Positions 9,823-18,323 of a stretch of 64,000 nt of DNA are shown piece by piece (within the stretch, counting starts at the first letter, position 1; each line of letters opens with the position of its first letter). The stretch lies in NCBI RefSeq assembly GCF_030149425.1, contig NZ_JASBRQ010000080.1, positions 8,455-72,454 on the forward strand. Direction: 5' to 3'. This DNA is from Maricaulis sp. (GTDB taxonomy: Bacteria; Pseudomonadota; Alphaproteobacteria; Caulobacterales; Maricaulaceae). Under the pieces are notes generated by a model, which did no database searches, had not been told where the DNA came from, and saw nothing but the letters and a program-made list of their open reading frames with translations. The position numbers and the translations under genes are program-made.

Positions 9823-10525
9823 GCCGCGCCTCCAGCTCGTCCAGCGTTTCCGGCAGATCGCCGCGGCTTGCCATGAGCTGGGTCAGGGCGGCGGCGGAAG
9901 CCGGTTCCATCGCGCCGAGAATTTCGCCGAATTTCCGTGCTGTCATGCGCGATGCAATCTGGACCTGGACCGTCGGGTCCAGCGCCGGGATCAGTGTCGC
10001 CGCATTACGCGCGTCCATGGCGTTATACCAGGCCACGATCACCGACATGTCTTCTTCTTCGCGCTCGGACAGCTGGCCAACCAAGGTCTCGATCTGGTCG
10101 CGCAGTCCGTTGAGATCGGCAATCTTGCCGTCGACGCGTTGCTCCATCGCCAGCATCAGTGCTTCGCGGGTATCCAGCTCGGCCTCGCGAGAATCGAGTT
10201 CGGCGCGACGCTGACCGAGGGCGCGAATGACGCTTTCCTCTTCCTGGGTGCGAATACCGCTGGCGATACGGCGTTCGAAGGCTGCCGTTGCATCTGCGGA
10301 CGGTTCCGGCGCCGGTTCGGGCTCTTCCACCGGCTCCTCGGCAACCGGCTCATCCTGGGCTGGTGCCTCTTCTGCCGCGTCTTCCGGCGCGACCGTCATC
10401 GTTGCCGCTTCAGCCCGGGCACTGAGCAGGTCGACCGCGCCATTGGTCACGGAGATGGCTTTGAGGCCAAACATGCCACCGAGCAGAATGGCGATGATCG
10501 AAAAGAGGCGGATGGACGGCGCCAT
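9806..10525 (-). CDS. MotE-like protein (TM anchor, acidic Pro/Glu linker, MgtE_N-like C-terminal domain)
   Basis: 239 aa. N-terminal TM helix (LFSIIAILLGGMFGLKAI), a central coiled coil, and C-terminal IVAWYNAMDARNAATLIPALDPTVQVQIASRMTARKFGEILGAM, which resembles MgtE_N/MotE. Confidence 0.65.
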   Translation of the reverse strand: MAPSIRLFSIIAILLGGMFGLKAISVTNGAVDLLSARAEAATMTVAPEDAAEEAPAQDEPVAEEPVEEPEPAPEPSADATAAFERRIASGIRTQEEESVIRALGQRRAELDSREAELDTREALMLAMEQRVDGKIADLNGLRDQIETLVGQLSEREEEDMSVIVAWYNAMDARNAATLIPALDPTVQVQIASRMTARKFGEILGAMEPASAAALTQLMASRGDLPETLDELEARLADET

Positions 10526-10531
10526 GAGAAC

Positions 10532-10921
10532 TTACCTGACGTCTTTGAGATCGTTGAGAACGGACGAGCCGGCACCGCCCGGGAAAATATCGGCGGCGCG
10601 GCGACGCGGCGCGCGCTTGGCCATCGTGTCGACCGTGCGATCGGCACGGTTGGCAACCAGGCTGAGCTCGTCCGAGAGCTTGCGGGCTTCACGCACACGC
10701 TGTTCGAGCACGTCAGCCGATTCCGTCGTTGCGCGCTCCAGAGCCACCAGACTCGCCCGCGCACGATCCGTGGCGTCATTGAGCTGGATCACGCTTTCGC
10801 GCACCCCGTCCTGGCCGGACTTGAGCGCGTTCAGGCGACGGTCGACCCGCCAGCACATGATGATGGCAACCAGCAGCAGAGCTGCCACGGCACCTTCAAA
10901 AATCAGACCGGCATAGCTCAT
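10532..10921 (-). CDS. Small TM plus coiled-coil protein, DUF6468-like
   Basis: 129 aa with an N-terminal TM helix (AVAALLLVAIIMCW) followed by a helical region. Its start overlaps the fliM stop by 4 nt. Confidence 0.55.
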   Translation of the reverse strand: MSYAGLIFEGAVAALLLVAIIMCWRVDRRLNALKSGQDGVRESVIQLNDATDRARASLVALERATTESADVLEQRVREARKLSDELSLVANRADRTVDTMAKRAPRRRAADIFPGGAGSSVLNDLKDVR

Positions 10922-12054
10922 GCGAACCTCATCATCGCTTTTTTCGCGCCCGGGGTCAGCGGCCCGTTCAGCCGCAGGGCAACATTGTGTCCGATACGGC
11001 CCATACGGCCGCGTGTCAGGGTCACTGCGCCGCAGCGCAGCTCCACGTCACTCATGGGCGTGGCATCCAGGAAGAAGGTGTCGCCCACCTTCAGATTGGA
11101 CACATCGCCAAGGGAAATTTTCTGTTCGTCCAGCACCGCGTGGACTTCCATCTTGGTCGACCACAGCTCGGTCGCCAGGTGGCCTTCCCAGATATTGTCG
11201 CGACCGAACTTCTCACCCATGAATTGCTGCAGCAGCATTTTACGGATCGGTTCCAGCGTCGCGTAGGGCAGCATCAGCTCAATGCGGCCGCCTCGATCTT
11301 CCATATCGATCCGCAGCTTGACGAGAATGGCTGCATTGGCCGGGCGGGCAATGGCCGCAAAGCGCGGGTTGGTCTCGACGCGCTCGAGATCGAAGTCGAC
11401 TTCGGTCAGCGGCGCGAAAGCCTGCTTTGCGTCGTCCAGAACCACTTCAATCATGCGCTGAACCAGCATGCGCTCAATCGTGGTGTAGGGCCGCCCCTCG
11501 ATCCGCATGGCCGAGGTACCGCGGCGACCGCCAAGCAGCACGTCCACGATCGAATAGATCAGGTTGGAATCAACGGTCAGAAGGCCGTAATTGTCGAGTT
11601 GCTGCGCGCGGAAGACTGCGAGAATGGCCGGCAGCGGGATCGAGTTGAGGTAATCACCGAAGCGGATCGAGGAAATATTGTCGAGCGACACCTCGACATT
11701 GTCCGAGGTGAAATTCCGCAGGCTGGTCGTCATCAGGCGAACGAGCCTGTCGAAGACGATCTCCAGCATCGGCAGACGTTCATAAGAGACGAGTGCCGAA
11801 TTGATGATGGCGCGGATACCCGACTTGTCGCCCGAATCATCATCGGACAGCGAGAAGCCGAGCAGACTGTCGATTTCATCCTGGTTGAGGATACGCTCCG
11901 GGCCGCCGCCAACGGTCGGGAGCTCCTGCTCCTCGTCCTCGGCACCGACCATGGCTTCCCATTCAGAGGCAAGATCAAGGTCATCGCCGTCTTCGGCCAT
12001 GGCCTCCCACTCTGCCGCCAGGGCATCCTGATCCATTGGTTCGTCGTCAGACAT
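10918..12054 (-). CDS. fliM: Flagellar motor switch protein FliM
   Basis: 378 aa. ILNQDEIDSLLGF CheY-P-binding-type motif after an acidic extension. SIRFGDYL and the C-terminal SpoA-like region (VGDTFFLDATP...). Confidence 0.9.
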   Translation of the reverse strand: MSDDEPMDQDALAAEWEAMAEDGDDLDLASEWEAMVGAEDEEQELPTVGGGPERILNQDEIDSLLGFSLSDDDSGDKSGIRAIINSALVSYERLPMLEIVFDRLVRLMTTSLRNFTSDNVEVSLDNISSIRFGDYLNSIPLPAILAVFRAQQLDNYGLLTVDSNLIYSIVDVLLGGRRGTSAMRIEGRPYTTIERMLVQRMIEVVLDDAKQAFAPLTEVDFDLERVETNPRFAAIARPANAAILVKLRIDMEDRGGRIELMLPYATLEPIRKMLLQQFMGEKFGRDNIWEGHLATELWSTKMEVHAVLDEQKISLGDVSNLKVGDTFFLDATPMSDVELRCGAVTLTRGRMGRIGHNVALRLNGPLTPGAKKAMMRFA

Positions 12055-12065
12055 CCGCTCTCGCC

Positions 12066-12626
12066 TTAGTCAACAATCATAAATTCTTGAATCCACACCG
12101 CGTCGACCTGTGCAGGTTCGATGGCGAGATTCACCCGGCGCAGCAACTCCAGACGCACACGGTGCATGCCGGCCGAGCCGTAGAGATCGTCCTCACGCAG
12201 CTCGCGCAGAAAGACGATGAACTGATCCATGATCGGGTCGAGATGCTCTTCAAGCACCGGACCGAGCTCGGCGTCCGAGCTTTCGAAGGTCAGTTTGAGC
12301 TGCACGATTACCGGCCGCCCGTCGCTTGAGCGGATATTGGTGGTGATGGTCTCTTCAGTCCCGTCACCCTCACGCAAGTCGTAATAATAGACCTCGGTGG
12401 AATGATACTCTTCCGCCGCCTGCTCGCCGTATTCGCCGGCATGCTCGCCCTCAGCGACGACTTCCTCGTCATCACCACCGGAAAGCAGCAGGAAAGCCGC
12501 CACGGCACCGAGCACCAGAATGACGGCACCCAGGCCGCCAAAGATCACCAGCTTGGGAAGGCCTTTCTTCTTGCCTTCCTCTTCTGCACCGTCTTCGTCT
12601 TCGAAGTCTTCGTTTTCGTCCGCCAT
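12066..12626 (-). CDS. fliL: Flagellar basal body-associated protein FliL
   Basis: 186 aa with an acidic N-terminus, a TM helix (LVIFGGLGAVILVLGAVAAFLLL) and a FliL-like C-terminal domain. Immediately upstream of fliM. Confidence 0.85.
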   Translation of the reverse strand: MADENEDFEDEDGAEEEGKKKGLPKLVIFGGLGAVILVLGAVAAFLLLSGGDDEEVVAEGEHAGEYGEQAAEEYHSTEVYYYDLREGDGTEETITTNIRSSDGRPVIVQLKLTFESSDAELGPVLEEHLDPIMDQFIVFLRELREDDLYGSAGMHRVRLELLRRVNLAIEPAQVDAVWIQEFMIVD

Positions 12627-12805
12627 CCGGGAACTCCCACGGGAATCACATCGATACGATTAACGGACAGGCCGGTTAACGTTCCGTAGCTTTGGGGGGG
12701 TCAAGAGGTAAATTTTGCCCAGTTTGCGCGCCTTTGTGCCGGGCAAATCTGTCGCCCACACGGGGCACTACATGCTTAACCGTTGATTCTTATAGCCGTT
12801 AACCA

Positions 12806-12821
12806 TGGCACGCCTTGTGCA
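12806..12821 (+). promoter_or_regulatory. Sigma54 (-24/-12) promoter of the flgF operon
   Basis: TGGCACGccttGTGCA, with GG and GC at the canonical spacing, 62 nt upstream of the flgF ATG. Confidence 0.6.
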
Positions 12822-12882
12822 CCATGTCGGGCAACCGCCGCAGCATGACGGTGGATGTGTCATCCAGAATGGAGACCACCCG

Positions 12883-13629
12883 ATGGACAACGCAATGATG
12901 ATCGGCCTGTCGCGCCAGATGACCCTTCGCCGGGCTATGGAGGTCGTGGCCAATAATATCGCCAACGCCAATACGGCCGGCTTCAAGGTGGAGCATTTGC
13001 TGCACGAAGCGCAGCCCGCCGAGACAGCGGAGCACACCGATGGTCCCAGCGACATTCAGTTCGCGACGACCTGGGGTATGGGCCGCGACTTCTCCCAAGG
13101 CGATATCGAACTCACCGGCCGCCCCTATGACGTCGCCATCGAGGGCGATGGCTTTTTCGGCATCGAAACCGCTGGCGGCATTCAATATACCCGCGATGGC
13201 CGCTTCCGCCTTGATGATCTCGGCCAGCTGGTGGCCGCCGACGGTTCACCAGTCCTCGACGCCGACACGCGCGGTCCGATCCTGCTCGACCCTGCGGCAC
13301 AAGACCTGCGCATCGTCGATGGCGGTCAGATCCTGGAAAACGGCAATCCGGTCGGCCGTATCGGCGTGTTCGAGATTGAAGACCGGGCGCGCCTGACCAA
13401 AGCCGGCACCGGGCGGTTCGAATACCCGCTGCAGCCCGGCGAGGCCGAGCCGCTGCCGCTGTTCGATCCGGTGGTTCGCCAGGGCTATGTCGAAGCCTCC
13501 AATGTCAGCTCCATAACCGAGCTGACCGACATGATGGCCGTCATGCGTAGCTATCAGTCCGTCTCGAAATTCCTCAAAGAAGCTGAAGACCTGCAGAAAC
13601 GCTCCATCGAGCGTCTCGGCAAGGCATAA
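12883..13629 (+). CDS. flgF: Flagellar basal-body rod protein FlgF
   Basis: MDNAMMIGLSRQMTLRRAMEVVANNIANANTAGFK N-terminus and a C-terminal rod motif (SNVSSITELTDMMAVMRSYQS). The ORF-track start 12805 lies inside the sigma54 promoter, so the start was moved to ATG 12883. Confidence 0.9.
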   Translation: MDNAMMIGLSRQMTLRRAMEVVANNIANANTAGFKVEHLLHEAQPAETAEHTDGPSDIQFATTWGMGRDFSQGDIELTGRPYDVAIEGDGFFGIETAGGIQYTRDGRFRLDDLGQLVAADGSPVLDADTRGPILLDPAAQDLRIVDGGQILENGNPVGRIGVFEIEDRARLTKAGTGRFEYPLQPGEAEPLPLFDPVVRQGYVEASNVSSITELTDMMAVMRSYQSVSKFLKEAEDLQKRSIERLGKA

Positions 13630-13644
13630 GGAAGGAGCCCGATC

Positions 13645-14430
13645 ATGCGTGCTCTCACGACCGCCGCCACGGGCATGGAAGCCCAGCAACTCAATGTCGA
13701 GGTGATCTCCAACAACCTCGCCAACATGAACACCACTGGCTTCAAACGCCAGCGCGCCGAATTCCAGGACTTGCTGTATCAGAATGTCGCCAGCGTTGGC
13801 GCCGACAGCTCCGATGCCGGCACCATCGTGCCCACCGGCGTCCAGGTTGGCCTCGGCGTCGAGACCGCCTCGATTTACCGCATCACCGAACAGGGCTCCA
13901 TGACCCAGACCGGTAATGATCTGGATCTGGCAATTTCCGGTCGCGGCTATTTCCGCGTCCAGTTGCCATCCGGCGCCGACGCCTATACCCGGGCCGGCAA
14001 TTTCGCCCTCAGCCCGGATGGCCAGATTGTCACCGCCGACGGTTACACCGTGGCTCCGGGCATCGCCGTGCCGCAGGGCACACGCTCCGTCTCGATCAAC
14101 CAGCAAGGCCAGGTTCAGGCCATGATCGACGGCCAGACCGCGCCGCAGACAGTGGGCCAGCTCGAACTGGTTACCTTCTTCAATGAAGGCGGCCTCGATG
14201 CCATGGGCGACAATCTTTACCTGGAAAGCGCCGCTTCCGGTGCAGCCAGCGCCGGTACGCCGGGCTCGCCGGGCTACGGCACGATCCGCCAGGGCTTCGT
14301 CGAAGGCTCCAACGTCAATGCCGTCTCCGAGATCACCTCACTGATCCAGGCACAGCGGGCCTACGAGATGAATGCCCGCGTCATCACGGCTGCGGACGAG
14401 ATGCTCTCGACCAGTGCCAACTTGCGCTAG
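13645..14430 (+). CDS. flgG: Flagellar basal-body distal rod protein FlgG
   Basis: 261 aa. MRALTTAATGMEAQQLNVEVISNNLANMNTTGFK and SNVNAVSEITSLIQAQRAYEMN. Confidence 0.95.
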   Translation: MRALTTAATGMEAQQLNVEVISNNLANMNTTGFKRQRAEFQDLLYQNVASVGADSSDAGTIVPTGVQVGLGVETASIYRITEQGSMTQTGNDLDLAISGRGYFRVQLPSGADAYTRAGNFALSPDGQIVTADGYTVAPGIAVPQGTRSVSINQQGQVQAMIDGQTAPQTVGQLELVTFFNEGGLDAMGDNLYLESAASGAASAGTPGSPGYGTIRQGFVEGSNVNAVSEITSLIQAQRAYEMNARVITAADEMLSTSANLR

Positions 14431-14441
14431 GGGGACACTAG

Positions 14442-15368
14442 ATGATCCGCTCTACTCTCTTGTCCCTCGCGGTTCTGGCCAGTGCTCCGGCGCTGGCCGG
14501 GGAGCCGGTGGTGCTGCGCGAAAGGCTCAGCGTCGACGGCGCCCAGATCACGCTCGGGGATCTGTTCGAAAATGCCGGCGCGGCCGCCACCACGCCGATT
14601 GCCCGTGCGCCGGCACCGGGTGCGCGCGCCTCGCTCGATGTCTCCTATGTCCAGCGCATGGCCGCGCAGCATGATCTCGACTGGGCCAATGCCGGCTATC
14701 TCCGCCGGGTAACGGTCAGCCGTACCAGCCGCGTGATCACGGGTGAAACCCTGACCGACATCCTTGAAGGCGAGCTGATGATGACGGAAGGCCGTCGCCA
14801 TGAGGTCCGCCTGGCCAATTCCGCTCTCATGCTGCACGCCCCGGTCGACAGCATTGGCGGTCTGGAAGTGTTGTCGCTCAACTTTGACCCCCGCTCCGGC
14901 CTGATTGCCGTTGAAGTGCGCCCCTATGCCGACGCGGACATCGTCCGCGTTACCGGCCGGGCTTATGCGACCATGGATATTCCGGTGCTCGCCCGTCCGG
15001 TCTCGGCCGGCGAAGTCATCAACGCCGACGATATCGACTGGATCGCCGTACGCGCCGACCGGGTACGCCCGGACGCGATCACCGATCCGGAGAGCATTAT
15101 CGGGTCAGAGACGCGCCGCGCCCTGCGGGCCAATGAACCGCTGCGCGGTTATGACCTGCAGGAGCCGGTCGTTATCAGCCGCGGCGAGATCATCGCCCTG
15201 ACCTTCCAGGCCCCCGGCATTCAACTCTCTGTGCGCGCCCGCGCCCTTGAAGATGCGGCCGAAGGCGAGCTCGCCCGGTTCGTCAATCTGCAGTCAAACC
15301 GCACCGTGGAAGCCCTCGTAGAAGGCCCCGGACGCGCCAATGTCGGCTTCAGCGCCGCCAGCTTTTAA
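14442..15368 (+). CDS. flgA: Flagellar P-ring assembly chaperone FlgA
   Basis: 308 aa with a signal peptide and a C-terminal SAF-like region (RALRANEPLRGYDLQEPVVISRGEII...NLQSNRTVEALV). Positioned between flgG and flgH. Confidence 0.85.
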   Translation: MIRSTLLSLAVLASAPALAGEPVVLRERLSVDGAQITLGDLFENAGAAATTPIARAPAPGARASLDVSYVQRMAAQHDLDWANAGYLRRVTVSRTSRVITGETLTDILEGELMMTEGRRHEVRLANSALMLHAPVDSIGGLEVLSLNFDPRSGLIAVEVRPYADADIVRVTGRAYATMDIPVLARPVSAGEVINADDIDWIAVRADRVRPDAITDPESIIGSETRRALRANEPLRGYDLQEPVVISRGEIIALTFQAPGIQLSVRARALEDAAEGELARFVNLQSNRTVEALVEGPGRANVGFSAASF

Positions 15369-15387
15369 GACCTGAAGGACCCATCCC

Positions 15388-16137
15388 ATGTTCAAGAAAC
15401 TCGCTATTCTGATCGCTCTGGGTGCCGGCCTGCAGGCCTGCGCCACCACGGACCGCCTGTCCTATGTCGGTCAGACCCCGCCCATGTCGCCGATCGAGAA
15501 TCCGGCGCACATGGTTGGCACCGGTGCCTCGCAAATCCCGATGCCGGTCAACACCATGCCGGCACAAGCTATGGTCCAGCGCAGCAATAACTCGCTATGG
15601 AATGCCAACTCGCCGACCTTCTTCGGTGATCCGCGGGCTGCTCGTGTCGGTGACATCCTGACGGTCAATATCGACATTTCCGATCGCGCTCAGCTTTCCA
15701 ATTCGACCAATCGGTCGCGCACCTCCGCCGAGGACAGCGATCTGACCCAGTTGTTCGGTATCGATCTGACCGGCTTCTTCAATGACAATATCGACCAGAC
15801 CAGCCTGGGCAGCTTCGGCTCGACCTCCTCGCTGGAAGGCGATGGCTCGGTCAACCGCACCGAAACCATCTCTCTTACCGTGGCCGCTCTGGTGACGCAG
15901 GTCCTGCCGAACGGCAATCTGGTTATTGCCGGGCGCCAGGAAGTCCGGGTCAATAACGAGGTTCGTGAGTTGCTGATCTCCGGCATCGCGCGTCCGGAAG
16001 ATGTCGGCTCGGACAATACGATCAGCCACACCCAGATTGCGGAAGCCCGCATTTCCTACGGCGGCCGCGGCCATCTTTCCGATGTCCAGCGCCCCTCCTA
16101 TGGCCAGGAACTCTACAACATCCTGATGCCGTTCTAG
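15388..16137 (+). CDS. flgH: Flagellar L-ring lipoprotein FlgH
   Basis: 249 aa. Lipobox LQAC, with GDILTVNIDISD and VIAGRQEVRVNNEVRELLISGIARPEDV motifs. Confidence 0.9.
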   Translation: MFKKLAILIALGAGLQACATTDRLSYVGQTPPMSPIENPAHMVGTGASQIPMPVNTMPAQAMVQRSNNSLWNANSPTFFGDPRAARVGDILTVNIDISDRAQLSNSTNRSRTSAEDSDLTQLFGIDLTGFFNDNIDQTSLGSFGSTSSLEGDGSVNRTETISLTVAALVTQVLPNGNLVIAGRQEVRVNNEVRELLISGIARPEDVGSDNTISHTQIAEARISYGGRGHLSDVQRPSYGQELYNILMPF

Positions 16138-16171
16138 GACCACAAGATCCCGCCACCATCGGGTATCCACT

Positions 16172-16206
16172 GGCCGTCATGGTTCGCCATGACGGCCTCT
16201 TTTTTT
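16172..16206 (+). terminator. Rho-independent terminator of the flgFGAH operon
   Basis: GGCCGTCATG-gttcgc-CATGACGGCC 10-bp stem followed by TCTTTTTTT. Confidence 0.85.
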
Positions 16207-16277
16207 GCCCGGACGGCCATGAAGTTGCAGACCTGAACCGGCGGCTCGTCTAGTCTTCCTGCGATGGGGGAAGATAG

Positions 16278-18323
16278 ATGCGCGCCTTGATATCCATACT
16301 CTTGCTGCTTTTGCCGGCCGGGGCACTCGCCCAGTCCGATGCATCCGATGTTTTCGAACGCCAGCTTGAAGAGCATCGTGACACGTTCCGATGGATTGAT
16401 ATCGGCGATATGCGCGGCGTGCGAACCAGTGTGCGCACCGCCCTTGCTCGCACCGCTCAGTGCCAGAGTGATGGTGATTGCCCCGATTTCGATTGCGCAG
16501 CCGCCAACCGGGCCCGTGCCCAGGCCGGTGAGTTGGCTTTGAGGCTTGATGCCCTGACCAGTGCCTTCCGGCATATGCATACCCTGGAACTGGCACACCT
16601 TGAGAGCCTGCACCGCGAGGCCAATATCGCCGAGTCCCTAGCCGAGTACCAGAATGAGGTCCTGTTCTGGCAGTCCGCGGTCATCAGTGTTTCGGCTGCA
16701 ACAATCCAGGTGGCGCTGATCGCCGCTGATATGGAGGCTATCGCGGACATCAGCGGTGCGATCACCGCGGTCAGCGCACTCGATGAGAACATCCGGGACA
16801 GGATCGCTTTCATTGAGGACATCCGCGCGATCCGCGAGCGGGCGACACCCCGTTTCCGGCAACAAACCGATCCGCTCGACGCCCATATGAGTACCCTGCT
16901 GGATCTCAAATCCAATACCGAAAACCTGCTCAATGGCCTCAGTGATCTCGGTAGCGGAGAGCTGACGAGTGCGCGCCAGAATGCGATCGTTATTCTTGGT
17001 CGCACGGCGCGATCAATGGCGCTGGAGGAACTCGCCCGCCGGCAGGACGAGGTTGCCCGGTTGAATGCCGACGCTTTTCGTGAACGTGAGGAAGCCAACG
17101 AGTTCGCACGACGCCTGCACGGCTTGGCCCTGCAGCGTGAACTGTCCGGCATAATCGCCGATATGGCGTTCGACCTTCATCTGTCGATCGGTGTATGCAC
17201 CCAGACCCAGTGCGAAATCACAGCTGCGGGCTCCGGCGATGTGCCTCGCATTCTGCTGCCGGCCGCCGCTGACGACCCGATCCAGCGCCCGCGCCTGGAC
17301 AATGTGGCACTGGAGCGAAATGTCGGGGCCATCATCCGCATCGCGGATAATCTTTATCTCGACTGGACCCAACCGCGCTGCGGACTGCCGGACGAGGAAG
17401 CCGGCCAGATCGAGCCGGGCGACGTCATTGCCCCGGCGAATTTAGCCCCGATGCAATCACGCCAGTCCTGCGAGACTATCCGCAATGTCGGAATTTGCGG
17501 CTTGTTGACCGATGACCGCCGGGCAGAATGTGAAGCGGAGGCGGCGCTGCCTATCGAAGCCTGTGGATCTTTCCCGGACATTTCCGCGCGCTTCCAGTCG
17601 GCGGCTCCAGCCAGCGCGGCGTTTCAACAAGCGATTGGTGATTTGTGCCGCGCCAGCTGCGACATGCTCTACGGGATGGACGCCTATCTCGACCACCAGC
17701 GCGAGCTGGCGATCGAGCAGGTGGCTGAGCTCGAGCAAGGCTGGCTCGCCCGCGGCGGCGAACCTCTGTTCGGCGATAGCCAGACTGGTAACCGCCTTGA
17801 GCAGCGCGCCGCACTCCGCAACCGCATCCGCTCCATCCGGGCGGCCGCAAACAACCGTGGCGCGCCGGTATTCTACGATCCGGCCAGCAATAGCTATGGA
17901 AATGCGCGCGGTCCGGAACACATCTATGTGGCCTCACCGCCAGGCGATTTTAGCCCGGCAGACCGGCAGCAGATCGCGTCATTGCGGGCAGAGATCGAAG
18001 CGCTCACCAACGCACTCGAGCAAAGCGGCTACACATCACGGACAGTATGGGGAGACCAGGCGACGCGGTACTGGACGGTGTTCGGACCGCACCAGTTCCT
18101 GAGCTGCGGCGGACAAGCTGAACTGGCGAGCCGTCGAGCGCGCTGCGAGGCGTCATGTGCCAGCGGCGGCGCCGCAAGCTACCAGTCCTGCGCGTCTGAC
18201 GGGCTAGAGCTCGATATCGATGCCGGCCCGAACCTGTATCCGCCCGACGACCCGCGCAGCGCATCCGTGCCGGGCTTCAATACCCGGGAGGCGATTGAAA
18301 ACATGCGGACTGACGAAAATTAA
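16278..18323 (+). CDS. Hypothetical secreted Cys-containing helical protein (no family recognised)
   Basis: 681-aa ORF with a signal peptide (LLLLLPAGALAQ), about 20 Cys, and long Ala/Glu/Arg/Leu helical stretches. It has its own upstream region after the flgH terminator. High-GC codon pattern consistent with coding. Confidence 0.6.
   Translation: MRALISILLLLLPAGALAQSDASDVFERQLEEHRDTFRWIDIGDMRGVRTSVRTALARTAQCQSDGDCPDFDCAAANRARAQAGELALRLDALTSAFRHMHTLELAHLESLHREANIAESLAEYQNEVLFWQSAVISVSAATIQVALIAADMEAIADISGAITAVSALDENIRDRIAFIEDIRAIRERATPRFRQQTDPLDAHMSTLLDLKSNTENLLNGLSDLGSGELTSARQNAIVILGRTARSMALEELARRQDEVARLNADAFREREEANEFARRLHGLALQRELSGIIADMAFDLHLSIGVCTQTQCEITAAGSGDVPRILLPAAADDPIQRPRLDNVALERNVGAIIRIADNLYLDWTQPRCGLPDEEAGQIEPGDVIAPANLAPMQSRQSCETIRNVGICGLLTDDRRAECEAEAALPIEACGSFPDISARFQSAAPASAAFQQAIGDLCRASCDMLYGMDAYLDHQRELAIEQVAELEQGWLARGGEPLFGDSQTGNRLEQRAALRNRIRSIRAAANNRGAPVFYDPASNSYGNARGPEHIYVASPPGDFSPADRQQIASLRAEIEALTNALEQSGYTSRTVWGDQATRYWTVFGPHQFLSCGGQAELASRRARCEASCASGGAASYQSCASDGLELDIDAGPNLYPPDDPRSASVPGFNTREAIENMRTDEN

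Noticed and set aside
9707-11266. 519-aa plus-strand ORF. Similar long antisense ORFs occur at 136..1269, 21488..22918, 29581..31536, 32063..33031, 33092..34237, 35544..36734, 38389..39552, 39549..40499, 45000..46019, 60721..61881 and 62400..63695.
   Set aside because: Each lies antisense to a gene with unmistakable family motifs (fliM, autotransporter, pseC/flagellin, flagellins, flmG, pseI, MoxR, VWA, MlaD, MlaE). Their translations are Arg/Gly/Ala/His-rich with no motifs. This is the usual open-frame artefact of high-GC DNA.
13411-13425. GGTTCGAAT, a tRNA T-loop-like string. I also made a general search for tRNA or rRNA genes.
   Set aside because: The string lies inside the flgF coding frame with no acceptor or anticodon stems around it. 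No intergenic region in the window is long or structured enough for a tRNA or rRNA.
18320-18323. Tail-to-tail overlaps of convergent genes: 18320..18323, 54366..54405 and 56194..56212.
   Set aside because: Short 3' overlaps of convergent genes are common in compact high-GC genomes. I see no evidence that they have a regulatory meaning here.
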